Shown one piece after another: positions 9,651 through 19,910 of a stretch of 64,000 bases of DNA. Under the pieces are notes generated by a model. That model was not told where the DNA came from, did no database searches, and saw nothing but the letters and a program-made list of their open reading frames with translations. Source of the stretch: an uncultured delta proteobacterium (GTDB lineage: Bacteria; Desulfobacterota; Binatia; DP-6); the NCBI GenBank assembly GCA_963815115.1, contig CAWFFN010000008.1, positions 704,001 through 768,000 of the forward strand. The letters run 5' to 3'. Positions within the stretch are counted from its first letter, which is position 1. Every line of letters begins with the position of its first letter. Made by a program: the position numbers and the translations under genes.

Positions 9651-10432
9651 CACCGTTCGCCGTGTACGCGATCCGCTACGCCCACCGGGAGGCTTCGTTG
9701 CGGGGGGAGCACTTCTACCGTGGCGACGCCCGCGCAGCCGACCCCTACCCGATCGACTACTTCGTCTGGGCGGCCGTCTCTCCGGAGGCAACGGTCATCG
9801 TCGATGCGGGTTTCACGCCCGAGACTGCGAAGCGTCGTGGCAACCGCGACTATCTCCAGTCCCCCATGGACACTCTGCGGCAGCTCGGTGTGGAGGCGGG
9901 AGCCGTCGAACACCTCGTCATCACGCATCTGCACTACGACCACGTCGGGCACGTGAGGGATTTTCCCGCTGCCCAGGTCCTGGTGCAGCGGTCCGAGTAC
10001 GGGTTCTGGACGGGGCCGTTTGCGATGCGAGGCGAGTACGGCCACCTGCACGAACGGGAAGACATGGTTTATCTCCGGGAGCAGGCGGCCTCCGGCCGGC
10101 TCCGACTCATCGATGGCGACTTCACCGTCGTGCCCGGTGTCACGCTGCACCCTCTCGGTGGCCATACCCAGGGCCTACAGGTCGTACGTGTCACGACGGC
10201 GGCCGGTCAGGTGGTCCTGGCCTCGGACGCGAGTCATTTCTACGAGAACATCGGCAGCGACCGACCCTACTCGATCGTCGACCACCTCCCCTCCATGTAC
10301 CGGGCGTTCGACCGCATCCGCGAGCTGGCCGACGCGGAAGAGCTCATCATCCCGGGGCATGATCCGGCGGTGCTGAAACGGTTCCCGGCTGCGGCTCCCG
10401 GTCTGGCGGGCCTGGCCGTGCGCGTGGCCTGA
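9647..10432 (+). CDS. Metallo-beta-lactamase-fold hydrolase, AHL-lactonase family
   Basis: THLHYDHVG, GGHTQG, ASDASH, IPGHD. Confidence 0.9.
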   Translation: MTPFAVYAIRYAHREASLRGEHFYRGDARAADPYPIDYFVWAAVSPEATVIVDAGFTPETAKRRGNRDYLQSPMDTLRQLGVEAGAVEHLVITHLHYDHVGHVRDFPAAQVLVQRSEYGFWTGPFAMRGEYGHLHEREDMVYLREQAASGRLRLIDGDFTVVPGVTLHPLGGHTQGLQVVRVTTAAGQVVLASDASHFYENIGSDRPYSIVDHLPSMYRAFDRIRELADAEELIIPGHDPAVLKRFPAAAPGLAGLAVRVA

Positions 10433-10464
10433 GAAGACGCGACAACTGGTCCGCACATTACCGG

Positions 10465-10500
10465 TTAACTCAGGTGTCTACCCGGCCGGGGGCAAGATCA
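10465..10500 (+). mobile_element. Orphan IS3-family terminal inverted repeat
   Basis: TTAACTCAGGTGTCTACCCGGCCGGGGGCAAGATCA resembles the IS3 end at 33190-33224 (reverse complement TTAACTCAGGTGTTCGCCCGGACGGGGCAAGACCA). Confidence 0.7.
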
Positions 10501-10763
10501 GGGAGGCTGCAATTGCGAATGGGCACGAGATTCCTGGCCTTCCCGGACCCGTTGGGCCAGCGGGGCCGACCGGGCCCAGCCCGAAACGGCTGGAAAGACC
10601 CGTGGGGGGATTCTCGAGCGTGCGGCGATGGCCACAGGTCGGAGCGCCGAACAAACCTCCATCGTCCCTGGGAAAATCGGCAATCCGCAGCGCGCGGGGC
10701 CGTGTTGCGTTATCCCGTTTCTGCTACCGCCGCCGAAAAACCGTTGCCCGCAAGGGCCAAAGA

Positions 10764-10808
10764 AGCTTCCCAAGCTGGACGTCGCCGGTTCGACCGCGGT
10801 CGCCCGCT
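10764..10808 (+). repeat. tRNA-Gly(CCC) 3' half (att-site remnant)
   Basis: AGC-TTCCCAA-GCTGG-ACGTC-GCCGG-TTCGACC-GCGGT-CGCCCGC-T; no D-arm or 5' acceptor strand. Confidence 0.8.
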
Positions 10809-11063
10809 CTTCGTAAGCGCCGTGATTATGTCGGAATCCTCGACCAATTCGGACAGGGGTAGATTTTCGCGGGTGGATTCGGACAGCCGTTCAAGCCGCG
10901 TGAGCGTTCGGCAGGCGCCCCTTCGTGCGCAACCTGAACAATCGGCTCAACGTGATTGATTTCGGCGGGCTTTTTTCCGGCAACGCGATTGGGCCGGCGC
11001 GGAGCGGGTTCGTGCGGCTCACCACCAGCTTCTAGGCGACTCCCCAACATCCACAGGCTGCGG

Positions 11064-12116
11064 TCACTGCTTCGCGGAACTCGCCGCCGTAACGTGCGGC
11101 TCGCCGAAATAGGGGAATTCCGCGCGCATTAACCGCCGTTCGGGCGCCACGCCATCGCCGAGGGCCGTGTTGGTGGCCAGGGTGAGGATCACGTCCATCA
11201 CGTCGTCGCAGAGGCCGCGGCCGTTGAATGCGGCAAAGGTGAATGCGGCGGGCGTATCCAATTCGTATGGAAGGACTGCTGGGCAGAGGCGCGCGAGAAG
11301 CTGTGTGGCGTAGGCGGATGGGTCGGCCGCTGAGTGGGCGAGCGCGGTGACTTTTTCCACGAAGTCGCGGATCGGTTTGGAGAACAGCGCCACTTCGTCC
11401 GCCGGGACCGCGCGGTTGTAGTTTTCCGATGCGTCGTGCAGCGAAGGATCGGAGAGCAGGATGTGGGTGATCATCGGCAGGCCCCAACGCGATACCTGCA
11501 CCTCCGGCGCGTGCCCGTAGAGCGATGCGGTGGCCCAGGCGTGCACCACACCACGGCCGATCAGGCTGCTGGGGACCTCGAGGACGATGGCGGTGACATT
11601 CTTGCCGCCGAAGAAGTTCTGGCGATTCTGGAACGCCTCCGGGGCAAACCGATTTTCGGACCACAGAGCTTTTCTGAAGGCACCAAAACCGGCGCCATCG
11701 GTGGCGAACAGGTCGGGCGCGAGGCCTGCGTACGCCAGGCAGCCTTGATCCGCTTTCACCACGCGTCCCGTATTCCCGGAAATGATGAGTTCGCCCGCGG
11801 CGCCTTTCAGCGCGTCCGCTCCGGTGGCGCGCCGGACCTCGAAGGTCTGAACGTGCCGGTGCGCATCGCCATCGGCGTGGGCGGGCGCGCCGAACTGGAC
11901 CTTGAACGCGACGTCTTCGCGAAGATCGCGATTCGTATCGAAGCGAAAGGCGTAGAGGCCCTCGTCACGGAAAGTGTCCGGCGCGCCGACGCCGGCGTTC
12001 GGGTTCACGGTCAGGGCCATTACCGTTGTGCCGGGGCGGCCCCGAAAGAGATAGAAGTCGCAGACGTTGATGCGGGGGTCTTCTTTTGCGGTAGGCGTAT
12101 CGAAATGATGCGACAT
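11064..12116 (-). CDS. DUF4331 family protein
   Basis: MSHHFDTP..DPRINVCDFYLF N-terminus, NGRGLCDDVMD, FPYFG C-terminus. Confidence 0.8.
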   Translation of the reverse strand: MSHHFDTPTAKEDPRINVCDFYLFRGRPGTTVMALTVNPNAGVGAPDTFRDEGLYAFRFDTNRDLREDVAFKVQFGAPAHADGDAHRHVQTFEVRRATGADALKGAAGELIISGNTGRVVKADQGCLAYAGLAPDLFATDGAGFGAFRKALWSENRFAPEAFQNRQNFFGGKNVTAIVLEVPSSLIGRGVVHAWATASLYGHAPEVQVSRWGLPMITHILLSDPSLHDASENYNRAVPADEVALFSKPIRDFVEKVTALAHSAADPSAYATQLLARLCPAVLPYELDTPAAFTFAAFNGRGLCDDVMDVILTLATNTALGDGVAPERRLMRAEFPYFGEPHVTAASSAKQ

Positions 12117-12331
12117 GAGGAATCCCCTCTTTATGATTTGGTTCAAACGACTTTTCCCAGGACGCGAAGAACGTCGCCGGGCGCGACCTCACTGCCGCCG
12201 CTGCTCAGTCCGCGCTGTCCATCCCCATCGCCGAGGTCATCCCGCTCGCCCAGATGGACTACTGGTGCCACGCCTGCGCGCCGCCCTGGCGGACCTGCTG
12301 CCCGCCGACGCCGCTGTCCTTACCGGTGATC

Positions 12332-12733
12332 TCAGCTCTTCGTGACGGCCACGCAGTCGATCTCGATATCGAACGGACCGGTCCACTCCGGGACGCAGAA
12401 GAAGATTCGGGCAGGCGGGTTCTTGGGGAAGTAGCGTTTGTAGATCTCGTTGAAGGTCTTGAAGCGCTCGGCGGATATGCAGAGCACGTTGCACTTCAGC
12501 ACGTGATCGAGGTCCGACCCCGCCGCCTCCAGCGCTGTCTTCATTTGTTCGAGGATGCGCTCGGCCTGGCGCTCGAACGGCGCATGCTGCAGGACCTCGC
12601 CGGTGTCCGGGTCGAAGGGCGGCATGCCGGACATGAACACCATGTCCCCAGCTCGGGTGCAGACCGAGACGGGAGCGCCCCATTTCTCAAAATTGGTGTC
12701 GAACGGTTCGACGCGGATGATCTCTCGTTCCAT
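12332..12733 (-). CDS. RidA/YjgF family protein
   Basis: VFMSG..NEIYKRYFPKNPPAR..IEIDCVA. Confidence 0.9.
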   Translation of the reverse strand: MEREIIRVEPFDTNFEKWGAPVSVCTRAGDMVFMSGMPPFDPDTGEVLQHAPFERQAERILEQMKTALEAAGSDLDHVLKCNVLCISAERFKTFNEIYKRYFPKNPPARIFFCVPEWTGPFDIEIDCVAVTKS

Positions 12734-12749
12734 GGCCTTCCTCCTTTAA

Positions 12750-12914
12750 GTCGTGATGGCTCACGAAACCCGTGACCGTCTGGACGCGGAGGTCGCCGTC
12801 CTCCCAGACCTGGTCGTTGGGAATGACGCGGTAGATCTCATGCCGCTCCAAGGAAGCCGCAAAGCCCGAGTTGTCAATACACACCGCGAACCGCGTTCGA
12901 GAGCCCTTCCGCAT
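12750..12914 (-). pseudogene. Small TA-locus-type hypothetical protein, 3'-truncated
   Basis: RFAVCIDNSGFAASLERHEIYRVIP..GDLRV then runs into RidA upstream region. Confidence 0.4.
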
Positions 12915-13031
12915 GGTGACTAGTTGCCCGGCCGGTTCTGCACGCCAGCAGCTGCCCGCTCTACGCCTCCTTGGCGGTGATCAGGTTCGGTTGGCACGGA
13001 GTTTCGAGTCGGGTCCTTCAGGGGGCGTCAC

Positions 13032-13229
13032 CTAGCCGTTCATCGAGAACGTCACACTCCGCGGCTCCTCCACACGCTGAGACGCGTCGAGCACCTCGAT
13101 GGACAGCAGGTTGCCCGCCTCGTCGTAGTCGAGGATCACGCCCGGCTTGTCCTCGTCACTCTCGGCCACCACGCCTTCGCGAAGCGTGACCGTCAGCGTG
13201 TCCGTCTCGCCGTCGTATTCGACCTTCAT
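13032..13229 (-). CDS. DUF2283 protein (putative antitoxin)
   Basis: MKVEYDGETDTLTVTL..GVILDYDEAGNLLSIEVLDAS. Confidence 0.85.
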   Translation of the reverse strand: MKVEYDGETDTLTVTLREGVVAESDEDKPGVILDYDEAGNLLSIEVLDASQRVEEPRSVTFSMNG

Positions 13230-13379
13230 GTGACTCTCCAGTCCTCAATAAGCCTGCTCGCCCGATACTCGTGACCGAGGGAGTAGTACCGCGGAGCAGT
13301 TGCGCCGGGAGTGGTGCAGCGCCAGGGGCAATGATCGGGCGGGTTCGAGGCGATGGCTCGAACGGCGAGCGGCCGCCGC

Positions 13380-13604
13380 CTACGCCACGACGTAATGGCG
13401 AACATGTACCTGCACGCCCGCCTGCGCTGCGGCGTCGGCCGTCTTGAGCAGCTCGGCCGTCGTCGTCCCATCGAGATACTCCTCGCCACAGTTGTCGCAG
13501 ACGCGCGCGGGCACCCCCCGGACAACGACGATGGCTCCACCGCGCTCTAGCGTCACGCTTGCCTTCCCGGGTTGGATCTCGCCCTGTCGGCAGATGACAC
13601 ACAT
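13380..13604 (-). CDS. YgiT/MqsA-type zinc-finger antitoxin
   Basis: CVIC..GVPARVCDNCGEEY; only a short toxin-like tail (WETGFTRR) survives upstream. Confidence 0.85.
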   Translation of the reverse strand: MCVICRQGEIQPGKASVTLERGGAIVVVRGVPARVCDNCGEEYLDGTTTAELLKTADAAAQAGVQVHVRHYVVA

Positions 13605-13712
13605 GATGGCTTCTTCCTCCTCGTGAACCCGTCTCCCAGCCCGCCGTCACGGCCGGCGAGGGCTCCCCGACGACCGTGGCGGTCCGAACAGTGCCCTGCT
13701 ACCGTATGCCCC

Positions 13713-13931
13713 ATGCGGCTTGCCAGTGCCCGGGTGGTCAGGGGTTCGATCGTCACACGCGCGAGGTTCCCCGACGGGACACGCCTGACGCTCGTTCCTC
13801 ACGACGACGGACCACCGGTCGGCCTCGACCCCGACGAGGAAGCCGGGGTGCTCAAGGGGATATCCGAGATTGCGTCGGGCCGAGGCATCCCGGCGCGCAC
13901 CGTTCGTCGGAAGCTTCGCCGCCGCCCCTGA
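13713..13931 (+). CDS. Putative antitoxin upstream of ParE remnant
   Basis: LDPDEEAGVLKGISEIASGRGIPARTV; followed by ParE N-terminus. Confidence 0.55.
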   Translation: MRLASARVVRGSIVTRARFPDGTRLTLVPHDDGPPVGLDPDEEAGVLKGISEIASGRGIPARTVRRKLRRRP

Positions 13932-13979
13932 CCGCCGTAGGGGAAGACTCAGGCGGTACCTCCCTACGCCGCCACCGTT

Positions 13980-14080
13980 GCGCCGATCGCCAATGCACAG
14001 ATCGAAGCCGCGCTGCTGTGGTGGAGTCGCAACCGACCAGCGTCCCGAGGCTTGCTTGCGAACGAAGTTGATCGTGCCAC
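13980..14080 (+). pseudogene. ParE toxin N-terminal remnant
   Basis: PIANAQIEAALLWWSRNRPASRGLLANEVDRA, homologous to 3600-3660. Confidence 0.6.
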
Positions 14081-14181
14081 GAATCAAGATGTGATCGGCA
14101 AGTCGCGTGACACGACCGGTTGTGAGATGGTCGACTCACGATGAGTCGAATCTGTACTGAGGAGAACTCCAGATTCGCAGC

Positions 14182-14736
14182 GTGACCTACTCGATGGCCG
14201 TGTCGCTGGACGGCTACGTCGTCGGGCCGGACGGGTCCTTCGACTGGATGGCACCGGACGAGGAGGTCTTTAACCTAGCCACCGACGAGGTACGCAAGGT
14301 CGGAGTCCATCTGCTTGGACGACGGCTGTACGAAACCATGCTGTACTGGGAGACCGCCGACCAGAACCCGTCGCTCGACTACTCGACGCTCGAATTCGCC
14401 GCGATCTGGAGGGCGCTCCCGAAGGTTGTGTTCTCCACCACGCTGTCGGCGGTACAGGGAAACGCCCGCCTGGCGTCCGGCGGTCTAGAGGAGGAGATCG
14501 AGCGTTTGCGAGCCGAAGCGGCGGAGGGCGACATCGCGATCGGCGGCGCGACGCTCGCCACCGAGGCGGCCGCGTTGGGTCTCATCGACGAGTATCGGAT
14601 CAGGGTCTTGCCGGTGCTGGTGGGCGGTGGCCGTCCCTTCTTTCCCCAACGCGAGGACCGGGTGAACCTCGAACTCATCGAGTCCCGTACCCTCAATTCG
14701 AGAGTGGTCTACCTCCGCTACCGCGTGGCCCGCTAG
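14182..14736 (+). CDS. Dihydrofolate reductase / RibD C-terminal domain protein
   Basis: SMAVSLDGYV, LLGRRLYE, GGATLA..LIDEY..PVLVGGGRPFF. Confidence 0.9.
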   Translation: MTYSMAVSLDGYVVGPDGSFDWMAPDEEVFNLATDEVRKVGVHLLGRRLYETMLYWETADQNPSLDYSTLEFAAIWRALPKVVFSTTLSAVQGNARLASGGLEEEIERLRAEAAEGDIAIGGATLATEAAALGLIDEYRIRVLPVLVGGGRPFFPQREDRVNLELIESRTLNSRVVYLRYRVAR

Positions 14737-14929
14737 CCGACTCGTCCCGCCGAGCACAAGAAGGGACACGCCAGCCAACGGCAAACCGATCCACAGGTCT
14801 TGACTATTGCTCTTCGAATTCGCGGGCGGCCGATAGTAAGGACAACCCTGCGACTCAACAACGGGACACCTTGCCGAGATCTGAAATATGTCTGCTTCGG
14901 CGGGCGGGGGGGACTGAGGAGCCTGCGTT

Positions 14930-16477
14930 ATGCGCGGAAGACATCACCTGAAACTACTCTCCACTATGGCCGCATTGGGCCTGGTGGCCACGGCCGCTGT
15001 CACTGCCTGTTCCCGACAGGCTGAGAAGCCGTCCTATTCGTACGAGACGGCGCCGTGTCCGAATCCGAACATCCCCGAGATCGGCCCCGCCGCCAATCTT
15101 GGGCCGGAATTCACGTGCGGGTACCTGACCGTTCCGGAGAATCGTGACAAGCCGGATGGGCGCAAGACTCGTGTCGCGGTCGCCCACGCCAAGGCGGCCT
15201 CGGCCACACCGAAGCCGGACCCGATCATCTTCCTGACCCACGGGCCGGGCGGAATCGCGTTCCTCGACGCCGTCAGCCAGGTGGCCGCCGGCATGAACGC
15301 CGACCGGGACGTCTACTTCGCCGCCCAACGCGGCAACTACCACTCCGAGCCCCAGCTCACCTGTCCCGACTACGACACGTTCACCGACCAGACGGCCATC
15401 AGCCTAAAATTCGTGGCCCCATCCAACGGCGCTCAAGATCTAGAAGCCGTCAAGGCCTGCCGTGACCACCTGGCGGCCACCGGCGCCGACCTGGCCGCCT
15501 ACAACACCGTGGAAAACGCCGCCGACATCGCTGACCTGCGTAAGGCCTTGGGGATCAAGGAGTGGAACGTCTACGGCGTGTCTTATGGGACGAACGTGGC
15601 CCAGGTGCTCCTGCGCGATCACCCGGAAGGTATCCGCAGCATGGTGCTCGACTCGGTCTCGCCACTGAATCAGAACCTTTTCAAAGAGGGATGGCCGGCT
15701 TCCGCGGGCATGTACCAGGCCATCTTCGACGCCTGCGCCAGCCAGCCGGTGTGTGCGGCGGCCTACCCAAACCTGAAAGAGGAATTCACGGCTACCGTCA
15801 GCCGCCTCAACCAGACCCCGCTCGTCGCGACCGCGAACAACGCTCAGGGTCAGCCGGTACAGGTCAATATCGACGGCTACACCCTTGCCTGGCTGGTGAG
15901 CGGCCAAAGTTATTCGGGACCGAGCGGGTTCGCCACGATCCCCAGCATGATCCACGCGGCGGCCAACGGTGATGGCAGCAAGGCCGCGGCTGCCCGGGTC
16001 GCACGCATTGTCCCGCCGGGGCTGCTCGGCTACGGCTTGGCGTTCGGGGCCTACTGCCGGGAGATTGCGTCGTGGACCAGTGAGGACGAGGTCCTAGCGG
16101 CGGGCAAGGCGGTTCTACCGGGCTTCCCCGATGAGGTGCTCCGAACGGTCATGGTGTCCGGACGGGTGTTCAGCGAATGCGCCGCCTGGAACGTCGGCAA
16201 CGCGACAGCCGCTGAGCGCGCTCCCGTTGAAAGCGATGTGCCGTCCCTGCTCATGGGCGGAACCTTCGACGCGGTCACACCCGCTAAGTGGACCGAGGTC
16301 GTGGCGAAGGGCCTGAAGAACTCCGAGGTGATTCCGATCCCAGGGGCCGGACACAGTGTGATCACACAGTCGCCGTGCGCGCGCTCTATGATGAACGCGT
16401 TCTTCAACGATCCGACCCATCCCGTCGACCGCTCGTGCATAAACGACATCACGATACCGCCGTTTGCGACGTCCTGA
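14930..16477 (+). CDS. Secreted lipoprotein alpha/beta hydrolase (TAP-like peptidase/esterase)
   Basis: Lipobox VTAC, HGPGG, GVSYGT nucleophile, FDAVTP, GAGHS. Confidence 0.85.
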   Translation: MRGRHHLKLLSTMAALGLVATAAVTACSRQAEKPSYSYETAPCPNPNIPEIGPAANLGPEFTCGYLTVPENRDKPDGRKTRVAVAHAKAASATPKPDPIIFLTHGPGGIAFLDAVSQVAAGMNADRDVYFAAQRGNYHSEPQLTCPDYDTFTDQTAISLKFVAPSNGAQDLEAVKACRDHLAATGADLAAYNTVENAADIADLRKALGIKEWNVYGVSYGTNVAQVLLRDHPEGIRSMVLDSVSPLNQNLFKEGWPASAGMYQAIFDACASQPVCAAAYPNLKEEFTATVSRLNQTPLVATANNAQGQPVQVNIDGYTLAWLVSGQSYSGPSGFATIPSMIHAAANGDGSKAAAARVARIVPPGLLGYGLAFGAYCREIASWTSEDEVLAAGKAVLPGFPDEVLRTVMVSGRVFSECAAWNVGNATAAERAPVESDVPSLLMGGTFDAVTPAKWTEVVAKGLKNSEVIPIPGAGHSVITQSPCARSMMNAFFNDPTHPVDRSCINDITIPPFATS

Positions 16478-16908
16478 TCGCGCTATTCGAGACGTCCTGA
16501 CCGATAGCGCGACGACACCCATCCGCTTGGGTTCGCGTGCTGTGGTCCCGTCGGAACAAGGTTGGTGACCGTCGAATAACACCGATTCGGTATGCACGCG
16601 GGCGAACTCTGCGAGCCCCGTGGACCGGTTGCTTACCCGCTCATGTCGCACATCACACGACGGCACGCCGACGCTGCACGTCGGATTCTGTGCCGGAGCC
16701 ACTCGCGGCCGGCCGGAGGCGGCAGTCCGTCGCGCGACCGGCCATCGACGCCACTCCCGATCGCTTGCAAACTGCTTGCAAACCGTAGCGTACATTGAGT
16801 GACAAATGCGTCGCGGGCACACCAGGAATCGCCAGGTCGTCTGACGAGAATCGTAGCGGAGTCGCGGTATTGGCGTCCCACGAGGTGCAAATGGTAGCGA
16901 TATGCTGA

Positions 16909-16937
16909 CACCCGCCGGAGCGCTTCGTAATCAGTAG
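16909..16937 (+). repeat. Short tRNA-Thr att core
   Basis: CACCCGCCGGA-GCGC-TTCGTAATCAGTAG; tandem GCTTGCAAAC x2 about 150 bp upstream. Confidence 0.6.
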
Positions 16938-17074
16938 TTTTTCATCGGCCGGGCCGACCCCGCGGGATGAAGCGTGGGGAGCGAGCGCGCTAGGATTGGC
17001 CGTGGCGACGGCACAGAGGTCGGCGACGTCCATGGTGCGCAGAGCCCGTTCAGTAGTTGGACCTGTACCGCCCG

Positions 17075-17320
17075 TGCGCATCCAGGCGCTGCGCGACCTC
17101 ACGCGCACCCGCAAGCAGCTCGTGCGCGAAGTCGCGCAGCACTCGCTGCGCATCCAGAAGGTCCTGGAAGACGCCAACCTCAAGGTCGCCAGCGTCCTCT
17201 CCAACATCCTCGGCAAGAGCGGGCGCGCCATGCTGGCCGCGCTCATCGCCGGCGAGACCGATCCCGAGCGCCTCGCCGCCCTCGCGCAGGGGACCGCCCG
17301 CCAGAAGCACGCGGCCCTGG
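17075..17320 (+). mobile_element. IS110 transposase internal fragment
   Basis: LRDLTRTRKQLVRE..RIQKVLEDANLKVASVLSNILGKSGRAML. Confidence 0.85.
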
Positions 17321-17445
17321 GGATGGTGCGTGCCCACTGCCGCAAGGGCCCGAGCGCGCGCTCGACACGCTCGAGCGGCCCCGCCGGGCTGCGCGCCACG
17401 TCGATTGCCTGCTTGGCCACGTCGATGCCGATCCATACCGGTCTC
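17320..17445 (-). mobile_element. Second IS110 N-terminal fragment, opposite strand
   Basis: VWIGIDVAKQAIDVA. Confidence 0.65.
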
Positions 17446-17918
17446 CCCGCCCGCGCGGTTCGATTCCCCCCCTGCCTCCACCTAATTTCGCAGAGGCTGT
17501 TGAGAGGCTCCCAGCCGCAGAAAGGCCCGGTTCTACAGGCCGGCGCGGCTCCAGATGGTGTGTGCGGGTGATCCTGAATCCTGCGCGTCTTCCTGGATGA
17601 GGAAGGAGCCCCGTCCAGGTGACCTGAGCTCGAACGATCGAGAGCGCCCTTGCGGCTCCAGCCGCTCGCCGGCATCGTGCACGTCCGTGGATCCGGGGCC
17701 GATTCGAACGATGCTCGCGCGCGGGAAATCGGGAGGTCTCGGCGTCCCACGTCGAGGAATCGCGCGGGGCGTAGGGGCCGATATCCGCGTGTGTCGCTCG
17801 CGGTTCCTCCGGTACGCCACGGTGAAACGTCCTTACGAGGGGCGGCGGCACGATGTTCGCGAGCTCGCTCCACTTCCTCGCTTGCCGTTGGAGCGTGCCA
17901 TTCCGGTCCCGCACCCGG

Positions 17919-19033
17919 TGTTCCGCCGTCGCGCGCGTCTGCGCGCGCCGCTGGTCGCCGTCATGCTCGCGATCGGCGGATCCGCCGGCGCCGGCGGCGT
18001 GGGAACCGACCTCTCCTCGCTGAACTTCTGCCTCTACGGCGACTGCGAGGCGCGCGGCACCTACGCCGCCGATCCCTGGGGGTTCTCTAATCCCGGTACC
18101 CTTCCACTCGCGGTGCACAACCACCTCATCTCACGCGGCGTGGTGCTGAGCGGCAGCTACTTTCATCTGGACGTGGGCGGGGTCGCGGGCGACATCGGCT
18201 CGGGAGTGGTCACCGGCGCCTGGGAGCCGGTGGTCGTCCAGGTGGCCACCGCGTACGCTGAGGCCGAGGGGCCGGTCGAGGGACTGCCCGGCGTCAGGAT
18301 GACTTTCCGGACCACCGCCGTTCGGCTCGCGGCGGGTATCGACGCGGAGCGCGTGCTCGGGTTGCGCGGGCTGTGTCTGGGACTTGCGGGCGTCGTCCCC
18401 GGCACCACCAGCGACGTCGGCCTCAGCGCCGGCGGCCAGCGGTTCGCCCACTCCGAGGAGACGCGCGCCCTCGAGCTCGTCCCTGGATTCAACTGGCACG
18501 GAGGCGAGCGCGACTGGCTCATGCTGGGCGGCCTCGCCGACGTCCTGCGCAACGACGTGTCGACGCAGGGTTTCGATCCGGCTACCGGGCACCCCTTCCG
18601 GAGCGAGGGGACGACGAACACGTTGTTCGCCCGCGTCGGGACGAGCCTGCTGCCGTTCGTGCCGCTCCGATTGGCCGACGGCGCCGGGCTGCGAGCGCAG
18701 TGGCTGTCGGAGCTGCGGCTCGGGATCGACGTCGAGTACCGGAACATCGCCGTGCCGGGCGAGGGCAGCACCGACGGCGCAACGGCTTATTTTGGCGTGG
18801 ACGGACCGCTCGTGCCCGACGCCTGGAACCCGCTCGCGCGGTGGATGCGGCTCTGGATGCTCGGTGGCGTCGACACGCGCGGCGGCTGGGGCATCGGCGC
18901 CGGGCTCTATGGCGCGGGAGCGCTGCGGTTTCTCGGCTGCAACCCAGCCTACTCGTCGCGGCCGCTCACCCAGGTGATCGGCGACCGGGTGGACACGTTC
19001 GCGGTGACCTGCAGCGCGATGTTCCCCTTGTAG
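17919..19033 (+). CDS. Hypothetical exported, probable outer-membrane beta-barrel protein
   Basis: Hydrophobic leader, alternating beta-strand pattern, strong codon bias; start uncertain. Confidence 0.6.
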
Positions 19034-19404
19034 GCTACACGTCCGCCGCAAGAAAGGAGGACGACCCTGAGGATTCACGCGCATCGCCGTGCGGATCTCC
19101 GTTGAAGCTGAAGCGTTACTGACGGAAGAAGTCCCATACCGGGACTGACTCAACCTCACGGTTTCGTGGGGAAGTGCGGTCTCGGGCGCGCTACGGTGCT
19201 GCGCCCCTGGATGCCGTGACGGCCGCGCGGTGGCGCGAGAAGTCGCCGACTTCCTCAACGCCGCAAGGGGTGAACACTGGGGGCTATGGGTGGGCTATGG
19301 GGCGTCTAGATCGGCAGGATATCTCACAGGCGCGGGGCTTCGATGCGACACTCGGCTGCGGATCCGGTCGACGCAGTCGTACGCGTGGAGCGCTCGCTCG
19401 CCGG

Positions 19405-19720
19405 AGTGGCGGGCGACGATCGCTTCGTCACGCTCCTCTGCATGGTCCTCGATCCCACGATCAGTTGTTGACGGTCGTCAACGCGGGGCACCTGCCGCCT
19501 CTCGTGCGGCATCGAGTCGGTCATGTCGAGGAGATCGGCGAAGAGCCAGCGGGGTTGCCCCTGAACGTGTTGCCGGGCAGCGTCCCGCCCCGGGCAGCGA
19601 CGACCCGGCCGGAGCCCGGTGCGGTTGTGCTCGCCGTCACCGACGGCGTCACCGAGCGATGGACTCGCACGGACGCGTCTTCGGGCTCGAGCGGCTTCGG
19701 TCTCTGTTGGCCCGCCCGGA
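19405..19720 (+). pseudogene. SpoIIE/PP2C phosphatase C-terminal remnant
   Basis: DRFVTLL..VVNAGHLPPL..TDGVTE..FGLERL across frameshifts. Confidence 0.75.
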
Positions 19721-19751
19721 GGCGGGGCGCGGTACCCCCGGAGTTGTGAGC

Positions 19752-19905
19752 GCGTGCCCCGGCGCGCAGCGCGCGCGCATGGAGGCGCGCTCCGCCATTC
19801 CCGCCTTGCTCGCGCGGTTTCCCCGCCTCGCGCTCGGCGGCGAGCCGTGTGGCGGCGGACGATCGTCCTGCACGGCCTCGAGCGGCTCCCCGTACGCCGT
19901 GACCG
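19752..19905 (+). pseudogene. Cytochrome P450 C-terminal remnant
   Basis: ACPGAQRARMEAR..LLARFPRL..LHGLERLPV. Confidence 0.65.
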
Positions 19906-19910
19906 CGCCG

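Noticed and set aside
9647-10432. Antibiotic-resistance or quorum-quenching call for the MBL protein (likewise the APH-like and DHFR-like genes)
   Set aside because: Family motifs only; operon context points to metabolism and substrates cannot be read from sequence
10764-10808. Functional tRNA-Gly
   Set aside because: 5' half missing, T-stem mismatched, no CCA
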